A stretch of 64,000 bases of DNA from Camelus dromedarius. Lineage: Eukaryota. The translations under genes were made by a program, and so were the position numbers. Positions 26,492 through 39,915 of the stretch are shown here, in pieces (within the stretch, counting starts at the first letter, position 1; every line of letters starts with the position of its first letter). The notes beneath the pieces were generated by a model. The model did no database searches and was not told the origin of the DNA. It was given only the letters and a program-made list of their open reading frames with translations. The DNA is taken from positions 75,952,001 to 76,016,000 of the forward strand of contig NC_087436.1 of assembly GCF_036321535.1 (NCBI RefSeq), in the 5' to 3' direction.

Positions 26492-28542
26492 GGTTTGTTA
26501 ACTTTGATAAAACCAATCTTACTTTTTTTTTATTAAAAAATTTTTTTTTAAACCACAACTTTTTTTGTTCGGCATTTTTCCTACAATTTATATTGAGTGC
26601 TCCCAAAAGCAAGGTTTTAAAAAAGGAAATAAGGAATCTCTTTATATTGGGAAGATGGCAGGGAGATACAGGAAATAACCAATTATTATAATTTATGGGA
26701 TTAATTTTAAAGCAAAAGGTAAAAATAAAATATTCATTTTAATGTGTCTTGACCAGGATGGTAACTAAAGGTTTGCTAAATCAGAATTTTCTACTCCTTA
26801 GGTAAAAAGTTCCTCCTTCCACCTTAAAAAAAAAAAATCTATTATGGTATGGGTATAGTAGTCACATTATCTTGTACCTTATAAAAATGTTATTGTAAGC
26901 TCCGTAGAATTTGTAGTGATACCCAAATGTTAGTTACTGTGCATTGGCAAGAGTGGCATGTACACCTAACTTCATAAAAATTGGGTTTAGCATGCAGAAC
27001 TCTTAACCAGCTATTTGCTTTCAAACTTCAAGGTCAGATTACATGTGTAATTTGTGTATGTATTTGTACACACATGCGTATGCCAAAGAAAGTTCAGGCT
27101 TCATTGCAGTATTAATTATGGAAAGATAATAAGTTCCAAATGAAAGTGTAGGAGGAACCTTATCTGAAGGTTAGACTTGGAGCAACTTAGCCATTTGGAA
27201 AACTGCCCAGATGGCCCCTGAGCTACTGAAATCACTGTCACTAGGCTGATGTACTTAAATGGGTACATAGTATAAGAAAACATGAATTCTGATACCTGGC
27301 CATGTCATTTAACTAGGTTTAATCTCCCTAAAGTCACTAACTGCTGTCTCATTAACTCACTTATAAACTGGGTATAATGATACTTACCTCATAGGCTTGT
27401 CAAGAAAATTAAATAAAATCGTATCTTTAAAGAGTCTGGACATTTCATAAAGGCCACTTCTGCTTTTCTCACCTTCTGTGTAAGCCTTTGGGTGTTGACT
27501 TCTGAATTTATTGCCTGATAACCAGCATTTTAAGATTATATCTAAATTATCAAGTTTCTCAGCTGGCAATTAAAAAACCAAATAGAAGGGGCTTTGTGGG
27601 CAAACACATCAATAGTGGAAGTGACATATGACAGCATGGAAGGAGATGGAAAAATGCCTGTTTTTCTCTTAATCATTGATAGTCATAATAATGGGGTTCA
27701 AAGAGGTGAACTGTCTTTAATGAAGTTTCTAAAGGAATCAATAATGTATAGAATATAGTTTAGAAGGATTTTCTCCCAAATCTGGCTGAATTGTAATAGT
27801 CATCTTTAGCACCTCTTTCACTCACAGGCAATAAGGTATCTAATATTTGATCTACTTGATAGGGTTTAAATTACAGGAATGGGCAAAAGACCTCTTCCAG
27901 AACCTTGAGGTGCAGTAGGACTATCGGTGTCATGAAAATTGATTGCTGGTCTTTACTGGTTGGCTCCTCTGTCCCTGTCAACTTTTTCCAAAACCAATGA
28001 GTAAATTATTGATGTGTTTGAAATATCAAATTCATCTTTTTCCTTAGCACAGATATTTATCAACAATTTTCTAAAGTCCTTTTGAAGATAACTTACATTT
28101 TGCTTATGAAAGCTTTCCAGTGAGAAACTGAGTACCTTTATGTATGGTTCTTAAAAATGTAGCCATTGCCATGTAATGATTGTTCTGCATGAAACAGTGC
28201 CACTGGGACATGGTTATTTATTTAAAGAAAAAAGAAATGCTGTCTAGGATGCTGTTTACTTGTTGTATTATTCAGAAGGTAATTTAAAAATTATATTTTG
28301 AGATACTAAAATTCCAAAATAGTGGTAGTTGGTAACAAAAACTGTTTCTTAGTGATCTTTAAGAAAACGGTTGAATCCAGCTGGCAAAGGGATTTAACAT
28401 GTAAAATATAAACCTGATTCTTCTTGTTTTGGCTTTCAGTGTAACTGAATATTATTTATGGTTCAGAATTTTTTACCTGTTCCTATTTAAGACCAAAACA
28501 TTAAATTGAAATTAAGCATTGTTAATAAAGCTAGTCTCAATT

Positions 28543-28590
28543 TTATATATAATATATATATATATAATATATAAAATATATATATATATT
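28543..28590 (+). repeat. Imperfect (AT)n low-complexity tract
   Basis: Read directly from the sequence. Confidence 0.8.
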
Positions 28591-30917
28591 TTAAGTTTAA
28601 GTTTGTATTTTTCATGGTCTTTTGTATCAGAATATCCAGATTAGTATGTAAACTTTAGAAATCTAATTGTCATAATATTTAATACATTAAACACTAATTA
28701 GAATACAGGTGTTTGCTGTGGGAAATCTTTTTAACTTGCATTTATTCAAATAGTTGTGTAGCTCTTAATATTAATTAAAAGTAATACTTAATGGAATATT
28801 ATTTTCTTGTTAATGGATTTATTGTTTCTGTTTACATTTGCATCAGAATAACTAAGGGGAAGAGTAGAAGAAATTGAAGACTGTGGCTGCTTTGCAAATT
28901 CTACTGAATGTGTTGGTTTTTTTCCTCTGAAGCCACAGTGTGAAATAGATACAAACTTCTGTATATATAATTAGTTTGTTGTAAAACATGAACTATCACC
29001 ATTTCAAGCTAATTCAGACCTATCATTGTTCCTTTAGTGCAGAATAACAGAACTTTTCAGGTATTTTAGAACAGTATTAGAAGTATCAGGTGAATACTGT
29101 ACTTTTTAGTCTTATTCATTAACCGTTTGGCTATTCAAGCCTTTATCCGTTTAAGCTGCTGAATTAACTTTTTACAGTATATTAATCGTCTGATGATATT
29201 ATGAAATACCCTTTGATTCAAGGATTTTAAATCCTATATTTTTGCCATCTTTGTCAATTAAAATTCTTGAAAAGATACTGTCTTTATTCACCACACAACT
29301 CTTTTAGGGAGGCAGGAAGAGGTAAGTTTCATACGTTGGACAAAACAGGCTCAGGTTTTGCTCTAATGAAAACCTATTCTTTGAAAATGGAACTTAGATA
29401 CATCTTAGGAGTAACTCTGTATTTGAAAAATAACTCTGCCACTTTGTTAGTTTTTATTTATAGGTAATTGATAATTTAAAAAATTAATGTGTATTTTTAT
29501 TTTTTTAATTTTGTGCCCTGGGACCCAGATTATCATGTGAACTTTAGAAATCTAAATGATTTTTAAAAAATCCTCCATGGGAAAATTGGTGCTCTGTTTT
29601 GTGGAACAATGAGAACATGATTCATTTTATAGTGAGTTTATTCTGATTCCTGTTTTGAAATAATTGGATAAATGAACTTTGTATAGAACACTATCTTCCT
29701 ATTTTTAATTATGGGGATCCCATATAAAAAAATACTTGTTTACCCCTACAAGATAGTGTTTGTACTCTTGTCATAATGACATGATGCTTTTTATACATTT
29801 GCCATGACTTTATCATAGATGGATGGAGATAATACACCACAGCATGAGGATTCAAAGAACCTTAGTGGTAACTTAGCATTTTTATCTGCTGGGAACAATT
29901 GGGAACAAGTGATTTATAAACCTGGAGAGTATGTTAATATGTAGATTTCTAAGATCCTACTCAGATCATCTGATTCATTAGGTCAGTTATAGGGCCCAGG
30001 TAACTTCATTTTATACAGGAATCCTGGCAATTATGATGCAGATGGTTTAGGAAGGGAATCTGGTCCTAATTTAGACCTAAATACCTATATACTTATATAT
30101 AAATATATGTATCCTTATATACTCGGTCTCAATATTCAAGAATGAAGGATCTTGGGCATTGATAGGCTGTGGCTTTCACTCTGAGGTAGTCTCTCCCATT
30201 TGTCCATCGCCAGTGTCTTTTTGCTTTGTCCTCACTCTTTTGTACACCAGAATTTGGGAGATGGAGGAAGGATAGGGGGCAGTCCAGGAGGTCTCTGATA
30301 CAAGGAATAAACCCTGGTTTTACAGTTGCTCTATAAAGGTACCCAGAGCCCAATAAAATTGGTAACCCACAGGCATCCTCTGTGACTCAGTGAATCTTAG
30401 GCCTCTCCTTAAGGTCAGGTTGTGGCTTCCCACCACAATAAATTAAAGACCCTTGGTTATATAAAGTGTTCTCCAACCTTATTTTTTTCAGAAAAGCGCT
30501 ATGAAACTAAGTTCTTCTCAATGCGAGTCGGACAACAAAATATGAAAGAAGCATTTTTTCATAGTACAATCACCATTTGTTACTGATTTCCTGAATTAAA
30601 TATACAGTTAGTATCTTGAAAAAGAACACCTAAAGTAAATTTTCATTGTTATCCATTTCTCTATTGGATTTAAAAAGAGCCTCTTAAGTTTTGGAAGTTT
30701 CATTTGTGAATAAATCAGTTATCAGACGAGTTGCCTTAAGATATTAGTTAGTGCTTCAACAAAATTTTAAGTTAAAATTTTAGACAACCCAAAGTTTCAC
30801 GTGGACGTTGCAGAATTAGTTTTAGCCATACAAGCGGATAATTGTGTAGTGATGGTGTTTAAAGAATCGGTTGTCCATAGCAAGAATGAAGTATTTTCAG
30901 GATATTGTAGACTCTAG

Positions 30918-31083
30918 GCTGTGGCCTACTCACGAATGTGCTCCCTGGACCAGCAATGTCACATCATCTGGGAGCCTGTTGAAGTGCAGAATCTCAACAT
31001 CTGTTCCAGCACCATCCAGTCTGACTCTGCATTTTAACAAATCCCTGAGTGGTTAGAATGCACGTTAAATTTGAGAAGCACTG
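30918..31083. mobile_element. MER5-family (hAT-Charlie) DNA transposon remnant
   Basis: atctgggagcctgttgaagtgcagaatctc...ctgcattttaacaaatccctgagtg...tttgagaagcactg resembles MER5 with its terminal CACTG. Confidence 0.75.
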
Positions 31084-31459
31084 TTCTAAGAGATTGCTGC
31101 TTTCACTGGGGGCTTTTGCTTCACTCTGTGCTTATAAGTCATTTTTTAGAGAATTCTGTTTGGATTCTCCCTTCCCATCTTGTAATCCGTTAGAACTCAA
31201 ATGAAACCAGCATAATTTACCCATATAATTCCTTAAATATGAGAAGTATAGTCCTGGGAATGTTTAAAATATCTGTAAGGGCAGATTGGGCCCCTAATTG
31301 TATGTTTGATTACTAAGAATCAGAGGATAGATAGACATCTTATAAAATCTGGAAGTTCTCAACTGATAAAGTGCCTGAAGTGTGCAGAGATTAAGAACAG
31401 GGGAAAGTACTCACTACCAGGGAATTAAGGTACTTCAGTAACTCTACTTCAGACACAGC

Positions 31460-31835
31460 AGACCCGGCGCTGCTGCCAGCCTTTGCTTTAGCTCTTCCTC
31501 TGCCTGGCGTGATCTTCCCCAGGGGTCATCTACTCCCGCCTCCTTGGGGTCTTTTCTCACCTGGTACCTATTAGAACCACTCTGTTACTGCAGCCTGTGC
31601 CCACTCCCTTAGTTGCTTTTAGGTTGTCTACATTTTTCTTTCTAGCTTTTTTCTTTTTAAACATACTGTCCATATTTCTCATTACGTTCGTTGCTTATCG
31701 GTTGTTTTTCCATGCCAGCATATAAACTCCACGAGGGCAGGAGTCCTCTTTTTGTTTGACGTTGCATGGCTGTTGCCTAGAAGAGTGACTGGCACATACT
31801 AGATGCTCTACCATTTGCTGAGTGAAAGAATGAAT
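31460..31835 (+). mobile_element. L2 3'-end fragment
   Basis: taaactccacgagggcaggag...gcctagaagagtgactggcacatactagatgctc...tgctgagtgaaagaatgaa resembles the L2 terminus. Confidence 0.7.
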
Positions 31836-32412
31836 TCTGTTGTTAAGGCTTTTAATTTAGTAGAGAAACATCTCCATCTTTGTATCTGCATGTGTGAGAA
31901 TGGTTTAACAAAATAATATGAGAAATGAACAGTGACATATAATGAAGTAATGTGTAATGAGTTACTTTTTATTGCTATTGAGAAATAAGATTTACTTATT
32001 TTATGAATGAGTGACCATTTGCAATATTTTTTCCGTATGTATTTTTGGAGAAAGTCTGCCAAATACGTCTCTGTTTAGTAATCTGGGTTTAACTTCAGAT
32101 CCAATATGTTACAACTGAAAGACAACTGGTATTTAAGTAAACCAAAGCAAGTCATTTATTAGGTTAATTGTATTTAGTGAAATCTAGCACTGTGATTATA
32201 TTGTTAAACTCGGCTTCGTAGCATCAAATATGCATTAAACTCAGGACCACCCCCTAATACTTAAACAAATGAACTTTGAATCTAAAATTTTTCAAGAAGG
32301 CTATTGCTTTGTTTAATTTTCACTTTTATTTAACTGTATGACACTTTTTTTTAATTTAAAGATCCTTTTGTTTTTATTTTACTTTTTGTTTTGTTTCGTC
32401 TTATTTTTGCAG

Positions 32413-32523
32413 ATAGGCTCGAGGAGAGAGCACCCTCAGATAAGAATGTAGAGCCACTTTCTGCTCCACATGAGCATCCTCCAGAAGATCCTTTTGGTTC
32501 TGTTCCTTTCATTTCTCACTCAG
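32413..32523 (+). CDS. BMP2K: BMP2K coding exon (about exon 15): (N)RLEERAPSDKNVEPLSAPHEHPPEDPFGSVPFISHS(G); GC-type donor
   Basis: tttttgcag acceptor and CAG|gcaagt donor. 111 bp, phase 1/1, joining the terminal exon in frame. Confidence 0.93.
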
Positions 32524-35500
32524 GCAAGTTACATATGTAACGTCATCACTATCATTAAAAAGTACACACAAGAACGATCACAAGAGCCAGAAACTTTATT
32601 CATGTAAAGTCAAAGTAAGAATCAAGTGTTAGTTACGGAAAATAGAACAGGAAATTATTTTAACCTATAGCCATTCTAGTCTTCCAAACGTTCTTTCCAG
32701 TGGGTTCTTCAATTTGTGCCTTTTGCCAACCCAGAAAAATGCAGATTTGCATAATGGAACTATAACTGTTTCTTTCTGCCTTGACTATTGGGTACTACTG
32801 AAAAAATTTATGCATGAAAATATCTCTCCCTTTTAATATTAAGATATGTTTAAAGACATTTTATACTTAGCTTTTGCTTAAATATTCTGTTTTCCTAGTT
32901 TATACATGCTCTTGTAGCCGCATTTAAAAAGTATTAGTGATTTTGTACTTGTCACAATTTGTGATAAATTACCTACTCTTTTCTTCTTACATCCTTGTTT
33001 TGATTTTAAGCCAAAATGTAAAAGTTGTTATTATCCACTATTTAAAAAATATTTGTAATAGTATTTTCAAAGTAATTACCCAGTTAGCACTGTCGAAGAT
33101 CCTAGGATGGAGTTGGACACCTCTTTGTCATAAATGGATTCGTCTGTGTATATGGTTATAGTGGAAAACCTGAGTTTAATCTTAAAAAAAGGGAACTGTA
33201 TTGGAGGAAATCATGCTTTGCTAGAAGGTAAAAGTTTTGTTTCATATATTCAAGGTAACTGTCAACCATGTTCTTTGGTTCTGTTTCTTTTATTTCTCAC
33301 TTGGGCAAGTTACATATGTAACATCATCACTATCATTTAAAGAAATATGTGCGAGAGGGAACAACAAAAGAAAAATGCATGAATGTAACGCCAAAATAAG
33401 ACATAGGCGTCCGGAATTTCTGATGAGTACATTGAGGCAATGTCATAGCCTTTCATCATTCAGATTTGGTTATCCAGAACATGTAGCACAGTAACTAAGA
33501 GTGTTTCTACCTACATACTTTCACATTCTGTGTTTTTACTCTCTGACATTTATTGAAAATAGTCCTTTTTTTTTTTTGGTCATTTTCTGTTCATTTTCTT
33601 CCAGTTATCTTTTTTGTGAATGACATGATATCATTAACTGGGGAAGACAGTTTTCTGTGTCTGTTTTATCTGCATAGATGCATTCCCTCACTCCTCCAAT
33701 ACCCTAGGTCATAAAATGTTACCTTTTAAAAAAAATTCTAATAGTTCAGATGGTCTTCAAAGGCTCTCCAGAACACGGTGACTTCGTATTGATCGATTTG
33801 TGGCAGAAAGCGGGTTCAGCGCTAGCTCTCATTCATTCTCTGGAGGGAATTGCATAATCCTTTGGGTTTGCACGGATCTGTATGACGTCTTCTCTGTTCT
33901 CTAATAGCTCAGAAAGAACCTGGGGAAGTGAAGAGTAGAATCAGGAATTAGAGTAAGCCTCACTGATTTGCCTTTTTCCCTGGACTACCTTATTTTGGGG
34001 TTGGCCTAGGATTTTTGAGGTTAGAAATACGCTCACAGATTTGAGCTTGATTCCTGCTGTTTTTTTCCTTTTGCTGTGTTTAACATCTTTATTAGATTTT
34101 AAGCTTATTAAGGGTTGAAAACATGAGTTTTCTTTGAATCCTTCCCCGTAGCTAATCCAGTAAGTACATTTAAATATTCACTGGATGTATGAACAAAGTA
34201 TGACTATTCCTAAAAATTCACCGTCCTTAGTGTTAGGTCAATGACCATAAAAATGTCCTTTGATATCAGTGCTACCCCTCCAAAAATATTTTTAGATTTA
34301 GTGCTAATATGAACGTTGGAATAGTTTGGTTATGAAAAATTGAGTACATAGGCTTGAATAAAGGAGATAATGGTCACCAGAGAAATGTGCCTTCAGAGAG
34401 AAGAAAAGATGATCACTTTGCTATATTAGCATTGTTAATTTATTTTTATCAGATTCAAAATACATAATTAAAATTTTAAAAATCCCAAAATAACTTACTG
34501 CCACTGACCTGTTCATCACCAAGCTAGAAATACTTTGTTATAAATATTTTTTAAATAACAGTAAACTATTTGAAGGCATTTATTTTCTTCTAATAGTAAA
34601 ATAATTAAATCTCTGAAACAAAAATTAACTTCTTCATAAGCTTTAGGAAAAAATTGGAAAAAGAAAAAGGATTTCTACCCAATGAAAATGTCTTGCACCT
34701 GGCAGTGTGAGCATCTGGAGATTTATAGGACTAGGACAGAAGGAAGGTAAGAAACTAGGTCTAAGTGAGTGTGTGTTTGTGTACAATACAGAGTGATGTG
34801 TATCTGATAAGCCAGCTTACTTGAATCTTGAGAGCTGACAATTACTGAACGTAATTTAATTTTGGGTAAACCCCATAGAGAATAAGATAAATTCAGTCAT
34901 GAGGCAGATGCTGTAAGAATTTTAGAGGCAAAATGCATTTAAGAAGACCCGCTGTCCTGAATCTAGTGCTCCTCACACCGGCTTTGTGAGTTGTGTTCTT
35001 TTTATTTTGAAAGAAAAATTTCCATTAAAACTTTTAATCTTAACTTTGAAATTAGAATGGATTAGTTTTTACTTTGCTTTTCTTCAGTTTATCATAATTT
35101 TATAAAATTATTTTTAACCTAAGTTTTTAGGTAAAAATAATGTATGTATCTGCTTTAAAAAGTTGGATTTAACAAGGCTTATACTGAAAAACGTCATTTC
35201 TCCGCCTGCTCCGTCCCTGTCCCCTTACCCTGTTCAAACTCCCTAGAGGTAATATTTCACTTCCGACACTTTAATATGTATGACATACTTATTCTTCAAT
35301 TTCTTACTTTTTTCTTCAATTTTAGATAATATCTGCAGACTTCCTATTATGGAAAATGATGGTGGAGATTAATTACACTGTTAGCACTCAGCCAGAATCA
35401 GAAGCACATGTCCTTTCCCTGCCTTCCAGTACAGCTCTGACACAGTTGTTGGTTGCCAGTGTTCAATGTGTACATTTTCTGAATATGTAAATATTTGTCA

Positions 35501-38500
35501 CCACTGAGGTCCAGTATGCCATGATAACATTTCCTTTCTTCTCTAAGGTTTTATTTTTCCTGGAGTTAATTTTAATGATGTCTATAAAAATGACTGTGTT
35601 TTTGTTCCCTTGGTTTTCTATGTACCCTGTCGTTGATTCATCATCTCCGCTTAGAAGTGTAAATTTCCTCCCAGTTTAAGGTGGCTGTCGTTTTCATTTT
35701 TGCTCGATTACGTCTCCCATGGAGCTCTGCAGTGGGAGTTGGTTGCTTCCTGTGTCTGCCACACACATCATCCTAGTGTTTCCTTTTACCCACTGATCTT
35801 TCTGGGAATTCTTGGATCTCCTCTCTTCCTCCTTCTTGGTTAGTAGAGCAACTCCTCTAGTAGTTTCTTGAGAAAGTATATATACATGAGAGGAAAACTT
35901 TTAAACTTTGCTGCCTAGAAATATCTTTTTTTCCCTAACCTAGCACTTGACTGATAATTTGTCAGGGTGACTAGTTCTATGTTGGACATAATTTTCCTTG
36001 TGAATTTTCCTGCTTCGTTGAAGTCTAGCTTCCAAAAAAGGGGGAAGGAGTTGCAGCTAGAGGAATGGCTGCCCCGTGGGCTCGTAACCCCAGGCCCCAC
36101 ACCTCTGTGGTCCAGAGGCGAAAATACCTGCTGCTGCTCCTTCTTAGCCGTGTGTACTGCGGATCTGCTACCGTCAGCAGCCTGCCTTAGTTTGTCCAAA
36201 CAGATGCATCTTTCTGTTTGTTGCCTTAGCTATGATGTCACTTTCAGACTTTTTAGGAAGCTTAGCTGAAGATAATATTTTGGTAGACCTTGTCTTAAAA
36301 TGAATCAAATCTAGCTTTTCTTATTTTTAGACATTTCTTTATGGGCAAAATTAAATTTTATAATTACTCATTTATACAGAAATCAAGTAATTACACCAAG
36401 AATCTGGTGCTGTATATAAAGGGAATATCTTAGTCCATAAATTGGTATTTTAATTATAATGAGATTATATATGCCTTCTATTGTAGGTTACTAAACTGAT
36501 ATGAGTAGGGAGGTGTATCACAATGAACAATTTACTTTGGAATGATAAAGCCTGGGGTATGAATCCTAGTTCTGTCACAGATTAACCATGTGATACTGGG
36601 TGTGGCCTGATTTCTTGTAGGGTTTCTTAAACTGGTGATAATATTAGCTATTTGATGAGATTATGAAAGGACCAAACGAGAAAATGTTATACACAGACAC
36701 ACAAACATCCTTGGTGTTGGTTGCTGTTGTGATTGGTGGTGGTGGTAGTGTTATTAAATAGTATTGTTCCTACTTACCACTAAATTCCAAAATCTTAGTG
36801 TTAAATAAGTTTTGTAGCTGCTCTCCAACTAGTAGTACAGAGTTCCAGTAATAACAGGCTAATTAACTGAATGAAACCTTTCAATAAAGTGGAGAACCTG
36901 TTTGTGAAGCTGTCCCCTACCAAGAGCTGTTTTAGTGGTGCCATTTCTGTTTTTACTAGAGCATTAGCTATCAGTATTCAGGACAGTGTCCACATAAACA
37001 TCATGTTAAAAGCATGGTGTCTGTTCCCAGTCCTGAAACACACCCAGCCTTCCTTCTCCCTGAGGCATCGTGCCACAGTTAGTTTGTATACTAACGTGGG
37101 ATGTGTGGCTCTGTGAATTACAGCGTAGACCATCTCACTTTAATAAACACTCTCAACTTCTGAAACACACCGTATTTGAAGAATTTTGTCACTGAAATTT
37201 TAGATTTCTTGTATTGCAGTTCATTTTTAATTAGGTTTAGTGAACTTCCCTCCCCTACTCTCCCAAACTCCAGACTTACCTCCTGTGTCATGTCATCTGA
37301 CAGGAAGTGGAATTGAATTTCGGGTTGGGAAAGGTCACATTAGATATAGCAAATACTTGTTGGAACATAAATTATTACAGGTTGTCAGTCTAAATGCTTA
37401 TAAGCCATGATGAGGTGTATTGTTTATACCTTTAGATTCTAGTAATTCTTGAAGATGAAGAATTTTTCTGTTCCAGAATGTCAGCAATAATGGTTACCAT
37501 TTATGGAACTCTATTATATACATACAGTGGAAACTGAGGCTCAGAGAGGGGGTCAATGGCCTAAGATCAGATTGTTTATAAGTAGGAATCCAGCTCTGTC
37601 TTATGTTAAATTCTGCTCTGTAAATAGTAGCAAAATGAATAAAGGTGTTAAGTGGCCTGTTTCAAATAAAAATCTACAGTAATACGAGTAATGTAATAGA
37701 AATGCTGGTTTTATGGCATTTTTAACGTGGCTGGCAAATACTGCTCACAACCAGTATGATTCTCTTCTTACACACAGGCCTGTCATTTGGCCTGACTTCA
37801 GAGAAATCGTACAGATTTTGATAAAACCTTCTAATCCACTAATCCTTGGGTCTGGCATGGTAAATTGCTGAGAAATGATGGCAGGCAGTATGCTTCCAAT
37901 TCTAAGTGAGCTGTAAAGTCTTCCAGCCCCTCCCTTATACCCTAAATGATGAGACAACAGAAGGCATGTAATTACAATAGCAGTTTCAAGCCATTCATCC
38001 CCTATAATCCGATAGCAAGAAAAAGAACATCAGAACAAAATATTCTTGAAACTGGAAGCTTCTTATATGATTAAAAACGTACCACCTGTTTTATAACTAA
38101 AAGAACTGTCCTCTAAAAGATAGAAACCTGATTAGAAGAAGGTAATACGAATGGTATAATGCAAATATGCTCCTCTCCCCACATTTTTGGGACATATTCT
38201 AAATATTTCAAATTTTTGGATATAGTTTATAAAGTTTCACTTATGTAATTTACGGATACATTTGCAATATTTATTTAAAATAGTGTGGCATGAACTAGTA
38301 TCTCATTCTTTTCACAATGTATTTGTTTTAAAAGATACTAATAATAAGTGTATGAAAGCCTATGAAAATTGATATAAATTTTAGCTTTTAAGTTTGGAAT
38401 CCTCTTTTGGACTGTGCAAGACTGTCATGTCTTTGAAATTTTAACATCTAGAAATATCCTTAATGAGAACTTGAGCATGGAATAGGTGAATTCGTGTTCT

Positions 38501-39734
38501 TAAATTCGTTTGGTTAGGTAAGCTGGTTCTTCAGAACCTCCCAATTGTTTTTATGTTGTCAATCATTTTCCCAGATCACTAGAATCAGGATTGGTACATG
38601 GGTTTCACAACTATTAAAGTGAATGATAGGCTTCTTGAAGTCAGGAAATGTCTTGTCTTTGTATGCTGTACAATACCTTGATGAATGAATTCATTATCAA
38701 TATACTTTGATAATCTAATATAAACTTTCTCTCTCTCACACCTTAATAGTTAATGAACTTTCACTAGATAAGATGAATTTTATTAATGTTCAGCTCTATC
38801 AGGTAAGTCCCATTATTGTCCTTATTTTATATATGAGGAAGCAGGGACTTTTCTGGAAGTTAATCTTCCATATTTTGTAAAGTTGAATATTCATTTTTGA
38901 TAAAGCCTTATAATATTTCTAGAACTTAACCCTACAGATTGTTAAATACTTAGGTACAGCGTATTCAACAAATAACTATTTGCTGAAATAGAAACAATAC
39001 TGTGCTCATTTTATTAGTTTTTTTGTTTGTTTGTTTTTACTTTTCAGAGGTAGCTTTGTAAAGGGGATACAAAAAAAAACACAGGACAAGTATGTGGTTG
39101 TATTTTGTAGAAGGTTGGTGCTAAGCTATATTGAATGTTTGCTGGTAATGATATTCTACTGGTAGTTGAATTGTAGAATTTACAGGTGAGAGTTTTAAAC
39201 TAGTGTCATCAGCAGAGAAATCACTATGGCCTTAAACTTGGGCAAGTCATTCAGCTTTTTCCTAGTTTCAGATTCTTTATGTACGAAAAGAGATTGGACT
39301 GTATCTTTAAAAATCCCTCCTTGTTTGTTTTGTTTTGTTTGTTTTTGCATTCAAGCTATAGTTGAAACTATGAAACAGGATGAAGGAAGAAATGGGAGGA
39401 GAAATAAGAAATCCAGGGCGTGAGCTTTGGTTGCATATCTTTGATTTGGTAGGAAATCATAACAGTGATCGGACATGGAAAGCAAGGGGAACATTTTTGA
39501 AGATGTGGTTAAAAAGACTGAAGAGGAAAGATTAGAAAACCTTCCAGAGCATTTTCACCTTGATGTTGTGGGAGCCTAAATGGTGGGGAGTTCAGAGATA
39601 CTCTATGAAAAACCCTTGGCCCTGCATTTGTGCTCAGGACAATCTTAGTTACGGTCCTCTCTAATTCATTTCTCAGTACCATGGGCAGTATATAGTGAGT
39701 ACTCTGTAAATCACTATGAAATGATGGCGTGATG

Positions 39735-39915
39735 CATTAGCAGTAACAGTAATTGAGCCCCCCTTGCTGAGCCCCTGCAGCGTGCCAGCACTGCTGTACG
39801 CACTCGACGTGGGCTCTCTCATCCCGGCTGCGGCTCTGTGAGGCGGATGCCATTGTTACTCCTACTTTACAGAGAGACAGTGAGACACCAAGTAGTAACC
39901 CGACTTCAGCTGAGA
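39735..39915 (-). mobile_element. MIR SINE (unusually CpG-rich)
   Basis: ttgctgagc...gtgccagcactg...ctctgtgaggcggatgccattgttactcctactttacagagagacagtgagac matches the MIR core. Confidence 0.65.
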
